A stretch of 64,000 nt of DNA from an uncultured Poribacteria bacterium (GCA_951813565.1 OX638351.1:5248001-5312000), one strand, 5' to 3'; numbered from the stretch's first letter, positions 29,146 through 39,523 are shown. Notes: generated by a model from the sequence alone, not told the origin. A program made the numbers and translations.

Positions 29146-31511
29146 AAGTAAATTTTAAACATATCTTGACTGGCGCGCTCCTTTTGGGAATCTTGTTCCT
29201 TGCCTTTTGGATACGCGTCCAGGGCAGGGATGCGATCCCTGATAGACAATTTACAGAAACTGACGCATATCTTTACTATTCGCAAGCAGATACCATTGTT
29301 AAACAAGGATATCTACCTGCAAAGGATATGGACCGATGGTTACCACTTGGTAGAGATAACAGACAATTGCTACCGCTTTACTCCTACGCAATTGCATATA
29401 TACACAAAACCCTCGGTTGGATATTTCCAAAACTCACGTTGTATCAAATACAACTCTACGTTCCTGTCGTCTGTTTTACCCTTGGGATTGGTGTGTTATT
29501 TCTCTTTCTCGTTCGTATTTATGGGGTACTTTTCGCTACCATTGTCGGTGTTCTATTGGCAACTTTGCCTGGAAGTATTGATCGGAGTTCCACTGGCTTT
29601 GGGGACAGGGATGCCTGGTGTTGGTTGTTAGGTGTTTTGGCTATCACTAGTTACTTATGGAAAGAACAGTTGCCTTTAAGCAAGCGTAGACTTATTGCAA
29701 CTGTTTTCTCAGGCCTTATTGTTTTTTTAGGTGGATTCTCTTGGGAAGGTTTTGGGTTTTTCCTTGCTATTATCCTTACCATAGAACTCTGGAAATGTTG
29801 TACAACGGATGAAGAGAAGCATCTAAAAGAATATTTCCTCTGGGTACTGCTGTTTGTGCCCGGTCTGTTTATGCTTAGTCCTGCCTATCGAAGCGGATAT
29901 GGGTTCTCTACACATCTGTTTGCTCTCATGTTGCTGCCTCCACTCGTTATTTTTGTGATACGAGGGACTCGATACTTGCTCCTGAAATACGTTAAAGTGT
30001 GCTGCAATTACCCCCGAAAAATCGCTTGGGGACTCGTATTCCTTGCTACCGCCGCAGGTGCTGCCTATATCTTTGTTCAATACAACACGTTTGAGACAAC
30101 TGCCTTTGCCTTTCGTGAAAGTCCTTTAATGAAGAACGTCAGTGAATTAGTTGATCCTAATTTAATCTACTGGATACACCGATACGGTGCTGTTTTTGTC
30201 CTCGGTAGTATCGGATTAATACTCGCAAGCAGCCACTTCGGTACATACAGAGGTACATTTTTAGGTGCTGCTCTTTTTCTTTTTGTCGGAACGGTTTTTT
30301 TCCAGGATCTCGTGAGTCGTTGGGTTGGGAGAAACACAGGAGACATCCTTTTCTTTATTTCATTAGGACTTACAACCGCCGCACTTGCCATTGCATCAAT
30401 GCGAAAATCAACTGCTCAAAATGAACACGTGATCCTCGCTATGTTCGCATGGTTCATCTTTTGGGGAGCCCTCGCCCGCGGAGGAAAACGATACGATTTT
30501 TTTATTGGGGTACCCCTCGTTTTTGGAACAGCATCCCTCCTCTGGCTTGCGCCCGCATTTCTCGCGCAAAACACCACGGAGACACTTACGCAAAAATCGC
30601 ATCGGAAGGAAAAACTCATAACCACCGCCTCTGCTTGTGTCGTGCTAACTGCCATCCTCTTTTTAACACCTCTTGGTGGAAACGTTACCCACTTGGCACG
30701 CACCAATTTCAAAGTTCGATCACCAATACCGGGAAAAGGACACATCGCAAAAACACTCACGTGGATAAAAAACACGCTCCCCAATAGTACAGTGATGGCA
30801 GCAGACTGGACCTATGGTATACAGCTCAACGTCCTTGCAGGTGTCAAATCCATTATAGATTCGGACCATTTTCTTCCACACTGGATACATCTCTATTACC
30901 GACACGTCCACTGTGCTCAAAACGAAAAGGAAGCACTTGAATTCTTAAAAACCCATAAGGTCACACACCTCATGCTAACCGAATGGGGTGTAACATCTCG
31001 CTCACAGGCTTATTCTAAAATCGGAAGCGATAAAAACAACGACAGACTGTTTGGTTTCTATCCACTGATGCGTGTTGAGACACCTATCGGAACACAATAC
31101 CGAATGATACCCACACATCCAGAAACACCCTTGGTCTTCATCGACTTTAACAAAATAGCATCCGATACCTTGACGCTTACGACACAATTTAAAGATGGCA
31201 ACACACAAAAAACAACTATCAACAAGCCAACAACCCTAAAATTGGTAGAACTTGAAAACGGCGGACTTGCACTCCATTTTGATGAACACGCACGACTCCA
31301 ATACGCCTATTACATTCCATCCATCGGATGGAATAGTCTCGCCGTCAAACTGTTCTTACGCGGTGAACATAGTCAATTTTTTATACCTATTTACCCTATT
31401 GGTGAAAACGAGGCGACAAAAATCAAAATCTGGGAAATTCACTACCCTTCTGATATACAAACATCAGAAAAATACCTTATAACAGAACCCGAAAAAAAAA
31501 TAAAATTTTGA
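29100..31511 (+). CDS. STT3/PglB/AglB-like oligosaccharyltransferase (GT-C fold); start uncertain
   Basis: About 13+ TM segments; ETDAYLYY, R..GFGDRD, NVSE, KRY, then a soluble domain with MAADWTYG (WWDYG position) and IIDSD. Confidence 0.8.
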   Translation: MATRMQLLLRLWKTLKVNFKHILTGALLLGILFLAFWIRVQGRDAIPDRQFTETDAYLYYSQADTIVKQGYLPAKDMDRWLPLGRDNRQLLPLYSYAIAYIHKTLGWIFPKLTLYQIQLYVPVVCFTLGIGVLFLFLVRIYGVLFATIVGVLLATLPGSIDRSSTGFGDRDAWCWLLGVLAITSYLWKEQLPLSKRRLIATVFSGLIVFLGGFSWEGFGFFLAIILTIELWKCCTTDEEKHLKEYFLWVLLFVPGLFMLSPAYRSGYGFSTHLFALMLLPPLVIFVIRGTRYLLLKYVKVCCNYPRKIAWGLVFLATAAGAAYIFVQYNTFETTAFAFRESPLMKNVSELVDPNLIYWIHRYGAVFVLGSIGLILASSHFGTYRGTFLGAALFLFVGTVFFQDLVSRWVGRNTGDILFFISLGLTTAALAIASMRKSTAQNEHVILAMFAWFIFWGALARGGKRYDFFIGVPLVFGTASLLWLAPAFLAQNTTETLTQKSHRKEKLITTASACVVLTAILFLTPLGGNVTHLARTNFKVRSPIPGKGHIAKTLTWIKNTLPNSTVMAADWTYGIQLNVLAGVKSIIDSDHFLPHWIHLYYRHVHCAQNEKEALEFLKTHKVTHLMLTEWGVTSRSQAYSKIGSDKNNDRLFGFYPLMRVETPIGTQYRMIPTHPETPLVFIDFNKIASDTLTLTTQFKDGNTQKTTINKPTTLKLVELENGGLALHFDEHARLQYAYYIPSIGWNSLAVKLFLRGEHSQFFIPIYPIGENEATKIKIWEIHYPSDIQTSEKYLITEPEKKIKF

Positions 31512-31584
31512 CAGACATCCGTGCCTCGTATAAACTCTTAAAAACGTCAAAAAATATGCTTTTTACGTGTGTAGAATTTTCTAA

Positions 31585-33041
31585 GGGTGTGTAAAGTTTT
31601 TGGCATGAATATCACGCTGCTTTTGTGTTTGTATACCAATAATTATTCCATGCTTCATTTTTCAACAAACACCTCCACTTCAGCACAGCATTGATACCCG
31701 GTTTCTCCCATCTCATAGCAGCTTGTTTGCATCTTTGTCCGACAACATGTTTACACGCACTTTCAATCACACCACTGCCAATCTGATACCCTTTTTCTCT
31801 AAACGCTTTATACCGCATTCGCTTCGCGTGTTTTTCGAAATACCGCGCTTCTCTTTCTAAAATATCCGATACTTCCGGGGTCTGTGTGTCTAAGCCACGA
31901 ATGCGTGCGGCTACTTCTGTAATGTTGCCATCATAAAGGATAGGTTCTGTCCTTTTTACCCAGTCTTGTATCGCCTCTGTTTCAGTCTCTCCGAAGGCAA
32001 CTTTAGCAACATCATATAGATGAGACTTCGCATGCATATAATCCACAATCTCTACAGCATTGGGGAAGTATTCATCCGCTAAGTTCCATATCCACGCTGC
32101 ACCATCACCAAGAAACACAATCTCTTGCGTATCTATCGCTTCTTGGTAGATGCCACTATTGGTTGCTAACGCATATAACTCCTTACCAAAATGTGCCGCA
32201 TCATTACGCGTTGCGACATAACGGATACTTGTCTCTCTCGCACTTGACACCGCATCAGAACCACATTGTGGATAATCTCTGTAAACACTACCAACTTTTG
32301 TCTCTTTCCACCCATCAGGGGAGTTGGTATGACACCCATCACAACTCACATGCCATCGCTCATTTTCTGCGAGTTTTTGAGGTGCCACTTGTTCACAGAC
32401 GCTCAAATCTTCTGACCATTCACTCACTTTGTGTTGGAGCGTCGTGTGGCTGACTTCTATACCTTGATGCGACAACTCTGATGCCGCTTCTCTATAGTCA
32501 AGAAGGGCAGACAGACGACACATCGCTTCAGCAACACGACGCGTGTATTGACCCAATAACTTCTGTTTGACCTCCCACGGCGCGTGACGATGTCCTTGTT
32601 CACAACAATACACCCAACGATTTACGCTTGTTTTTCCACAAAGTGTTGTGAAATAACGCGCACGCATACGCAATGGACGACAAAGTTCTTGACACGCTGG
32701 ACATTCAACTGGTTCACGCTCTTTCTTATTTGACTTTTTAGAAACACACATTTCTAAAAACTTTTGTTTAAAAGAACAAAATGCTTCGGAAACACGGACT
32801 TCAACATCACCTAAAGATAAACCCTCGTCAGAATTGATGTCTACATAAAGATCGTTGATCTCTTTTACAAACTCGTTAAAATCTGCTTTGTAATCGTTGC
32901 CTTCACAAGGACTTAATGATATACTTGGCATTGGTATCCTCTCCTATAATAGTGATAATTATTAGGGTAGGATACCATTTATATACATTTTCTACAAGAA
33001 CTCCATTCATTTCAATTTCATGCCAAAAACTTTACACACCC
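31585..33041 (-). mobile_element. ISKra4/ISLre2-like IS, copy 1 (1457 bp)
   Basis: 25-bp TIR GGGTGTGTAAAGTTTTTGGCATGAA; 9-bp TSD ATTTTCTAA. Confidence 0.92.
31612..32931 (-). CDS. ISKra4-like DDE transposase
   Basis: CDG, GDGAAWIW, VDYMHA, IGSGVIESACKHVVGQRCK...MRW. Confidence 0.9.
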   Translation of the reverse strand: MPSISLSPCEGNDYKADFNEFVKEINDLYVDINSDEGLSLGDVEVRVSEAFCSFKQKFLEMCVSKKSNKKEREPVECPACQELCRPLRMRARYFTTLCGKTSVNRWVYCCEQGHRHAPWEVKQKLLGQYTRRVAEAMCRLSALLDYREAASELSHQGIEVSHTTLQHKVSEWSEDLSVCEQVAPQKLAENERWHVSCDGCHTNSPDGWKETKVGSVYRDYPQCGSDAVSSARETSIRYVATRNDAAHFGKELYALATNSGIYQEAIDTQEIVFLGDGAAWIWNLADEYFPNAVEIVDYMHAKSHLYDVAKVAFGETETEAIQDWVKRTEPILYDGNITEVAARIRGLDTQTPEVSDILEREARYFEKHAKRMRYKAFREKGYQIGSGVIESACKHVVGQRCKQAAMRWEKPGINAVLKWRCLLKNEAWNNYWYTNTKAA

Positions 33042-33183
33042 ATTTTCTAAAAAAAACTTGCTTAATTTTGCAAAATGTTGTATCATTATAAATAGGTTAT
33101 GGTAAAATCATATTATGGAGCATTTAAAATGAATATTACAGACCGATGTTTCAAATTCTTTTTTAACTTTTTGATGCAAAACA

Positions 33184-34149
33184 ATGGAGAAAGGGATGTT
33201 AAAGAATAATCGCTTACTATTTATTTTTGGGAGCATTATCGCTTGTGTCCTTTTCGTTATCGGTGTCTGGTTATGGACATTGCATATAGACAGCACCCGT
33301 GAACAAAACGCTGTTGCTCTTCCCAAAGTAGAGAATGCTGATATGGAAATCGCGCAAACGCCAAAACAAGTTGAAACGGAAATCAATTCTCCACAAAACA
33401 CCGCAAGGATTCAGGGGACAGTCCAAGATGGAACGGTAAACACATCCCCAAAAAGCAGTGCTGACCAAGATTTTAGCAAATTATCCTTGAAAGAACTTCT
33501 TGCCATCGTTGATGAACTTGAACCTGAAGTTTATTTTCCGCTCATGAATGCAAGAGTAAATCCAAAGGTTAATCAAGAATACCAAACACTTTCTGATGAA
33601 GAAAGAGTAAAGTTTCAAATTGCGATCCGAAGAGCCTTTCCTGAATTAATTGAAAAGGCCTGGGAGTCAGAAAGGTTACCTGTTCCGCCACCCGGACACA
33701 CCTACTTTAATGTTCCAGGGGAACCTCCGTTACTCGTCAAGTATAACGCAGTGGTCTATCGCGTCCTTCCGAATGCAAGGGAAGGATATGGACGGTGGGA
33801 CAAACTCAGTAAGGCAGAGCGTAAACGGTATAACACTTTACAACGCATCACCTCTAATATCCCAATTAGTAACCGTCAAATTTCCAGAGAGGTACTAGAG
33901 CTCGCCGAAGAGTGGAAACAACAACTCTATGAAAAAACATGGGGTTCTCACTCTACAATTCGTTCTTATAGTGCTTACAAGCGCCCAAAAACAGAGACAG
34001 AAAAAGAACGGGATGAAAATCTCTATAAAGAGGCGCAGGCTGAGTTAAAACGTAGCATGAACATACCACAGCGATCTGTAACTATTATTGATCCCAAATA
34101 TGTTGAGACAGTTATCAGTGAGCTTGAAGCATCACTGAATAGAAGGTAA
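33184..34149 (+). CDS. Hypothetical N-terminally membrane-anchored protein
   Basis: One TM helix, low-complexity linker, helical C-terminal domain. Confidence 0.7.
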   Translation: MEKGMLKNNRLLFIFGSIIACVLFVIGVWLWTLHIDSTREQNAVALPKVENADMEIAQTPKQVETEINSPQNTARIQGTVQDGTVNTSPKSSADQDFSKLSLKELLAIVDELEPEVYFPLMNARVNPKVNQEYQTLSDEERVKFQIAIRRAFPELIEKAWESERLPVPPPGHTYFNVPGEPPLLVKYNAVVYRVLPNAREGYGRWDKLSKAERKRYNTLQRITSNIPISNRQISREVLELAEEWKQQLYEKTWGSHSTIRSYSAYKRPKTETEKERDENLYKEAQAELKRSMNIPQRSVTIIDPKYVETVISELEASLNRR

Positions 34150-34208
34150 TCTCGGGTAACTACCCACAGATGCCACAATCTGAATTTTACATTACGAAGG
34201 AGACTTTT

Positions 34209-34856
34209 ATGAAACGTCAAGTTTATGTTGCTATTTTCCTCGTTATATTCTTCGTTACTGCTGTTATAGCGGGACAAACAGACTACGGAGCCGTAGGGGT
34301 TGGCTCCGCAAGTGCAGAAGCCCAATCTGGATATGATGATTTAGGTAGTGGGGGGATCCTATATAGATCTTATGCTAACACTCTGCACATTATTTGGACT
34401 AGCGGTTTTGAAGGTTGGTTGCCAGCGGAGTATAAAATAAAAATTAGTGCAAGTCAAAACAGTTCCGGAACTGATTGGCGAAAGATTACACTCAAGGCAC
34501 GTGGGACTGTTAGTGGGGGCAGTTCAACAACGTTAAATACACAATTTTCAACCAAAGATGTTAGTAACGCAGCAGCAGAAGTTGCTGGAATAAGTATAGA
34601 TGAAACAGTATCAGCGGAATTTTCCTGGGATTGGTCAACCAATTCTGATGGAGAATATACGGTAACCGGATACGGCGGTGGTTCTTGGAATGAACCTGCA
34701 TTTAATATAGATGCACAGGGCCAAGTTTTAGGTTTCGGTATAGGTGGAGGCATACCGTTCTCCTCAGAAGCAAGTGGTTGTTTTGATGAAACTGATGGAA
34801 GTACTACAACATTTACTGTTGGCACAGATGAATTAGTAGTTTCTGGCCAATTTTAG
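34209..34856 (+). CDS. Hypothetical secreted Gly/Ser/Thr-rich beta protein
   Basis: AAGGAG RBS; signal peptide MKRQVYVAIFLVIFFVTAVIA. Confidence 0.75.
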   Translation: MKRQVYVAIFLVIFFVTAVIAGQTDYGAVGVGSASAEAQSGYDDLGSGGILYRSYANTLHIIWTSGFEGWLPAEYKIKISASQNSSGTDWRKITLKARGTVSGGSSTTLNTQFSTKDVSNAAAEVAGISIDETVSAEFSWDWSTNSDGEYTVTGYGGGSWNEPAFNIDAQGQVLGFGIGGGIPFSSEASGCFDETDGSTTTFTVGTDELVVSGQF

Positions 34857-34857
34857 T

Positions 34858-34971
34858 ATGGGTGGCGTGCTGATGTCTACAGCAGCAAGTGGTTGTTTTG
34901 TTGAAACTGAAGGGTCAACTACAACATTTACTGTTGGCACAGATACAATAGTCGTTCTACTGACTTCATAG
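34858..34971 (+). repeat. Diverged duplicate of the last ~35 codons of the 34209 gene (37-aa mini-ORF)
   Basis: MGGVLMSTAASGCFVETEGSTTTFTVGTDTIVV vs GGIPFSSEASGCFDETDGSTTTFTVGTDELVV. Confidence 0.8.
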
Positions 34972-35032
34972 ACAGAAATTTAAAGAGGCACTGCCCCTTC
35001 TATATGCAGTGCCTCTTACTTTATTCATATGT

Positions 35033-35632
35033 ATGTCACTCCTCAAAACTCTTACCTCATTCGTATTCTTATTTATCCTATTGGATAGTATGCAACTATC
35101 TCATGTACAAGCAAATACAGTTACTGATAACGATCCAGACAACTTTTTTTATCACGTCATTATTGAGAATAACCTCTTTAGACCCCTCGGATGGCGGCCC
35201 AAAAAAGCCCTCTTCCCTTATCAACTTATCGGTACTATTGTCTACACCGGTGGAAAACAGAAAGCAACCGCCATCATACAAGAAACCACTGCACAGAAGA
35301 AGATCCACTTTGTCCACATCGGAGACATCCTTGGAGATACAACTGTCCTTGAAATACAAAGCAAGAAGGTAACTCTTGACAAATCAGGGGAAAAGTTAAA
35401 TCTAAACATCACCCCACAGTACTTGAATCTACCGCACATTGTCCGAAAACCTGCGGCAACCCATGCAAATATAGACGAAAAACTTTCAAAGACAGTCAAA
35501 AAACCTTTAAACCAGGTAATAAAACTCACGGATTTGCCAAAGATACATTGGAAAGGTAGAACAGTATATTGGAATCCGTCAGATTTTTCCCGTGAAGAGA
35601 TAGAACAAAAACTACGTGATCAAGATTTCTGA
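35033..35632 (+). CDS. GspC/PilP-like (type II secretion protein C N-terminal domain) protein
   Basis: NNLFRPL, YQLIGTI...ATAII...VHIGD.LG...VLEIQSKKVTL pattern. Confidence 0.65.
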   Translation: MSLLKTLTSFVFLFILLDSMQLSHVQANTVTDNDPDNFFYHVIIENNLFRPLGWRPKKALFPYQLIGTIVYTGGKQKATAIIQETTAQKKIHFVHIGDILGDTTVLEIQSKKVTLDKSGEKLNLNITPQYLNLPHIVRKPAATHANIDEKLSKTVKKPLNQVIKLTDLPKIHWKGRTVYWNPSDFSREEIEQKLRDQDF

Positions 35633-35662
35633 GGAAATATCAATAAATGGGTAGTACCGAAC

Positions 35663-36361
35663 ATGAATCCCGAAAATCCCCTAGTTTCCATCGTCATGCC
35701 CTGTCTAAACGAAGAAGAAACCCTCGGCATCTGCATTGAAAAGGCACAGCGGACCTTAGAAGTTCTTGGAGTCCAAGGTGAAGTTATTGTTGCTGATAAC
35801 GGTTCCACTGATACTTCTGTTTCGCTCGCTGAAAATCTCGGTGCTCGTGTTGTTTACCAGCCTCTCCGTGGTTACGGTGCCACCTATCTTGCGGGTTTTG
35901 CCACCACGCGCGGGAAATATATTATTATGGGAGACTCAGACGATACTTACGATTGGACAGACTTAGAGCGTTTTATCATCCCCCTTCAAAACGGATATGA
36001 CCTTGTGATAGGAAATCGGTTTAAAGGAGAAATCCTTCCTGGTGCAATGCCGTGGACGCGCCGCTACATCGGCAACCCTATTTTGTCCGGCATCCTGCGC
36101 GTTCTTTTTGGTACACATATTTCAGATTCACACTGTGGGATGCGCTCATTCACTTCTAATGCTTATGAACAAATGGAGTTGCAAACTACAGGAATGGAGT
36201 TTGCATCCGAAATGGTGATTAAAGCCGTGCAAGCAAATTTGAAAATACTCGAAATTCCTATCACATATCATCCTCGCGATGGTGAGTCAAAACTCAATCC
36301 CATTAAGGATGCGTGGCGACATCTGCGTTTCATGGTAACATATAAGTTATTCCGCAGATAA
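35663..36361 (+). CDS. GT2 glycosyltransferase (DPM1-like polyprenol-phosphate glycosyltransferase)
   Basis: SIVMPCLNEE, ADNGSTD, GYG, MGDSDDTY, GNRF, SDSHCGMR, YHPRDGESKL. Confidence 0.9.
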   Translation: MNPENPLVSIVMPCLNEEETLGICIEKAQRTLEVLGVQGEVIVADNGSTDTSVSLAENLGARVVYQPLRGYGATYLAGFATTRGKYIIMGDSDDTYDWTDLERFIIPLQNGYDLVIGNRFKGEILPGAMPWTRRYIGNPILSGILRVLFGTHISDSHCGMRSFTSNAYEQMELQTTGMEFASEMVIKAVQANLKILEIPITYHPRDGESKLNPIKDAWRHLRFMVTYKLFRR

Positions 36362-36442
36362 AATCTGCAGTACCTTTCTCACTTTCCACTCGGAATATAC
36401 AATCCTCCTTAACACACTGACTCACAGAAATATATGAAACCT

Positions 36443-36560
36443 TATACCAAATTAACAGGGTTTATCTTGTTTTATTGGAGTCAGGCAGAATACGCGTATG
36501 GTATTCTGCATTGGTTAGGAAACCGCACCTACCGAGACGAATCGCGTTAATTTGGTATTA
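36443..36560. mobile_element. MITE, TATACCAAATTAAC family
   Basis: TIR TACCAAATTAAC/GTTAATTTGGTA; core GGTTAGGAAACCGCACCTAC plus hairpin GCAGAATAC...GTATTCTGC. Confidence 0.7.
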
Positions 36561-36611
36561 GTTGTTTGCAGGAAAGGTATACATTTTCAATTTTCTCTGT
36601 AAAAAATTCTA

Positions 36612-38019
36612 CGCAATAAGTAGTTTTGGACTTGCAAAAAGCCCTTAAGCGTTATGGAAATTTATACTTAATAGGGTATGAGAATTCGGAAAAGCACTAA
36701 ACGGCGAAGACTAATTTCTAACTCTAATCTGTGAGAACTTCTGCCCCTCCAACTCACATCGGTATAAAAGTTGAGCGCGCTTGATAGATACTTTGCAACG
36801 GCAGACAATTCTTCTAATCGTTTTGCCGTTGTGATATTAGTGTGGTCCAGCTTGTCAAGACCTTATTCTTTAAGTTCTTCTGCCATCGTTGAGTGAGTCT
36901 TCATCTCATACTCTCATTGACAAACTTATCAAAAATGCTCTCAATGCTCCTATAGTTGTATTTATAGCACGCCTCTGCGACATATAGGGGCGTGTATTCA
37001 GTCCAATAGTGGTGATGACTTCCATACCAAGCACGTTTGAGAAGTGACCAGAAGCCTTCAATCGTATTGGTATGGACATCACCGTCAACAAATTGTTCTT
37101 GATGATCAATGATATGGTGCTTCATCTCTTTACCGAGTGTGAGATAAGCTTTATACTCATCAGTCATCAACTGCGATTTATCTACTTTAACAACTTCGCG
37201 AATAAAATTTAAGATAGTCCGTCCCGTCAAATCTTTTGCGAGTCTTGCCACAACTTTCCCACCGCGTTCAATCGCTCCGATGATAGCATCTTTATCAGTG
37301 CCACGCCCACGCTTAGCAGGATCCCTGTCCTCTTTTTTGTTCGCTTTGCGAGGTTTACCCCCGACATAAGTTTCGTCAGCCTCTATGATACCTTGTAAGA
37401 GGATATTATCTTTAGCCATTTCAGCACGGATACATGTTCCCATACGCCACGCAGTCTTTTGATCCAAGTCCAAATCTCTTGCCAACTGATGACTTGAAAG
37501 GCTCTTTTTAGCATTCATCATCAACGAGATAGCCAAAAACCACTTCTGAAGTGCTATCTTTGTCCCGTGAAACACCGTGCCACAAGTAACCTTGAAAGTA
37601 GCAGTGCAATCGTGGCATTGCAAGCGTCCGATGCGTCCCAATTCCGTTTCTGTTCGTCTTGCAACGTTTGGGCAATCACAATGTGGACACTTCGGTTTAC
37701 CCTTCCACCGAATACTCTCTAAATGTTCAATACAACTCTCTTGATCAGGGAATCGTTCCATCACTTTCAACAAATCCATCAGAAAACTCCTTTTTAGGAG
37801 TTGCTTTTTCTGACAGGTTTCTGATACAATAACTAGATAAGACAGAATGCCAGAAAAGCAACTCGCTTTTTTGTGTTCAATTAGGGGGTTAGCAGCCCTC
37901 TAATTTCTTATCTAAATTGTATCATATTTTCACAATTAAAACAAGCGAAAAATGTAGTCTACACAAGGATTTAGAGCGATTTTTAAAATTTTGTTGCAAG
38001 TCCAAAACTACTTATTGCG
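36612..38019 (-). mobile_element. IS1595-family IS, copy 1 (intact)
   Basis: 26-bp TIR CGCAATAAGTAGTTTTGGACTTGCAA; 8-bp TSD AAATTCTA. Confidence 0.93.
36901..37779 (-). CDS. IS1595-family transposase
   Basis: CPHC/CHDC zinc ribbon, EADETYVGG, MTDEY, HTNTIEGFW. Confidence 0.93.
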   Translation of the reverse strand: MDLLKVMERFPDQESCIEHLESIRWKGKPKCPHCDCPNVARRTETELGRIGRLQCHDCTATFKVTCGTVFHGTKIALQKWFLAISLMMNAKKSLSSHQLARDLDLDQKTAWRMGTCIRAEMAKDNILLQGIIEADETYVGGKPRKANKKEDRDPAKRGRGTDKDAIIGAIERGGKVVARLAKDLTGRTILNFIREVVKVDKSQLMTDEYKAYLTLGKEMKHHIIDHQEQFVDGDVHTNTIEGFWSLLKRAWYGSHHHYWTEYTPLYVAEACYKYNYRSIESIFDKFVNESMR

Positions 38020-38136
38020 AAATTCTATTGCTTTTCAATACCATCAAGTAGTATAATTTAAAAATGCTAAAACTTTAAACTACTGATATGGTAGTAGGTT
38101 TGGATAGAGATTACCGAACCTTATATATGATATAAT

Positions 38137-39411
38137 ATGTCTGAAACCACACTATTTGATGTCTCTTACGAACAACGAAAAAAACCCTTGCTGACTCAAA
38201 CTTTAGAACGGTTACGCCCTATCTACAGTCAGTCAGAGCTTAATGCTTTACGGATAGACAGCACGAGCCGAGAGGGGTTATCGCAACGTTCAGGACGGGG
38301 ATTTGTTAATCGTGATATTCTTGAAACCGTTCTGGGAAATCTATTGGAATGCGTTGCCCCGGGCTCTCATAACGCGCCACATCTTTTTAACCAAAAACGT
38401 GAACTTTCGGAAGCGATTGAAGAGTTAGCGGATCAGTTGTATGCGATGGTAGCCCAATCGTTTTTAGCAGTTACGGACGAAACACATCTGGGTGCTGCCC
38501 TTGAAACTGCCTTCTCACTCCTCTGGGAACTACCTCGATTAAAAAGCCGGGCACTTTGGAATCGCTTCGCATCCCTCAAAGACCCAGCTGTTTGGGATGC
38601 ATATCTCCTACACAACGGTATCTCTCGCGAAAAACTTGCAGCCCTTGATTTTCGTTCCCAAATTGACAATGCAATTAAGGAGCGAAGTTTTGACCCATAC
38701 CAAGATTTTCTCGGCACTTTGAACCTCGCCTCCGTTTTTGAATATCAACTTCAACTGGTAGTTAGCACTTATCCTGGGTGGCGTGTGCTGTTCTACCATG
38801 ATGTGGCTTATGCCTTAACACGAAGCGAACCACCAGAAGATAACTCACACCTCCACAGAGTTCCTGTTCCGTTGCTGCCGCGCGCCATTGCGGAATTAGG
38901 CGGACGTTATTATCAAGCCGACTTACATCCAGAAACCCAAATAGGGGACGCAAATTTCTTAGAGCACCCTCACCGTGGCGTGACGACAGGGCAAACAGGT
39001 ATTATCGGTTCTGGGTGTGTTCTCTACCCTTGCACACTTGGTGGTTTGAGTGTCAAGGTGAAGCAACGCCATCCTGTTATCGGTGATTTTGTGGAGATAG
39101 GAACAGACACAAGTCTCCTCGGTCCTGTCCAAATTGCTGACCGGACGACTATCGGGACAAATACCGAAATTTACGGGTTTGTAGAAATTGATCAAGGGTG
39201 TCGTATCGGTTCATCAGTCGTCATAGGAACTATCCGTGGCGCTGCAGAACATCCCGGTAAAATCATGATTGGAAATGAGGTGCGAATCGGTGATGGCACT
39301 GTGATTGAAAATACTTCTGAAATGGATTTGATTATACCGACCCGTGCACAGATTCCTGCACGAAGCCACGTTGCCAATGATGGTTTCGGTTTTCCCAGAT
39401 ATGTAACATAA
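38137..39411 (+). CDS. Divergent serine O-acetyltransferase-like hexapeptide-repeat protein with long N-terminal domain
   Basis: ADLHP..QIG...LEHP.RGV..GQT..IG...LYP.TLGG....RHPVIGD, followed by extra LbH turns. Confidence 0.65.
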   Translation: MSETTLFDVSYEQRKKPLLTQTLERLRPIYSQSELNALRIDSTSREGLSQRSGRGFVNRDILETVLGNLLECVAPGSHNAPHLFNQKRELSEAIEELADQLYAMVAQSFLAVTDETHLGAALETAFSLLWELPRLKSRALWNRFASLKDPAVWDAYLLHNGISREKLAALDFRSQIDNAIKERSFDPYQDFLGTLNLASVFEYQLQLVVSTYPGWRVLFYHDVAYALTRSEPPEDNSHLHRVPVPLLPRAIAELGGRYYQADLHPETQIGDANFLEHPHRGVTTGQTGIIGSGCVLYPCTLGGLSVKVKQRHPVIGDFVEIGTDTSLLGPVQIADRTTIGTNTEIYGFVEIDQGCRIGSSVVIGTIRGAAEHPGKIMIGNEVRIGDGTVIENTSEMDLIIPTRAQIPARSHVANDGFGFPRYVT

Positions 39412-39523
39412 ATTGCATTAGAGTTTTCAGTATCGGGGTTACAAACCCCTCCCCCAAGATACATCTATATGTAGGGATAAAATAATCGCCAGAAAATAGA
39501 ATAGAGATTGAGACAGACGAAAT

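Noticed and set aside
34765..34971. DGR variable/template repeat pair
   Set aside because: Mismatches are not confined to adenines of one copy (A is lost in both directions and there is a G/C change), and no reverse transcriptase is present.
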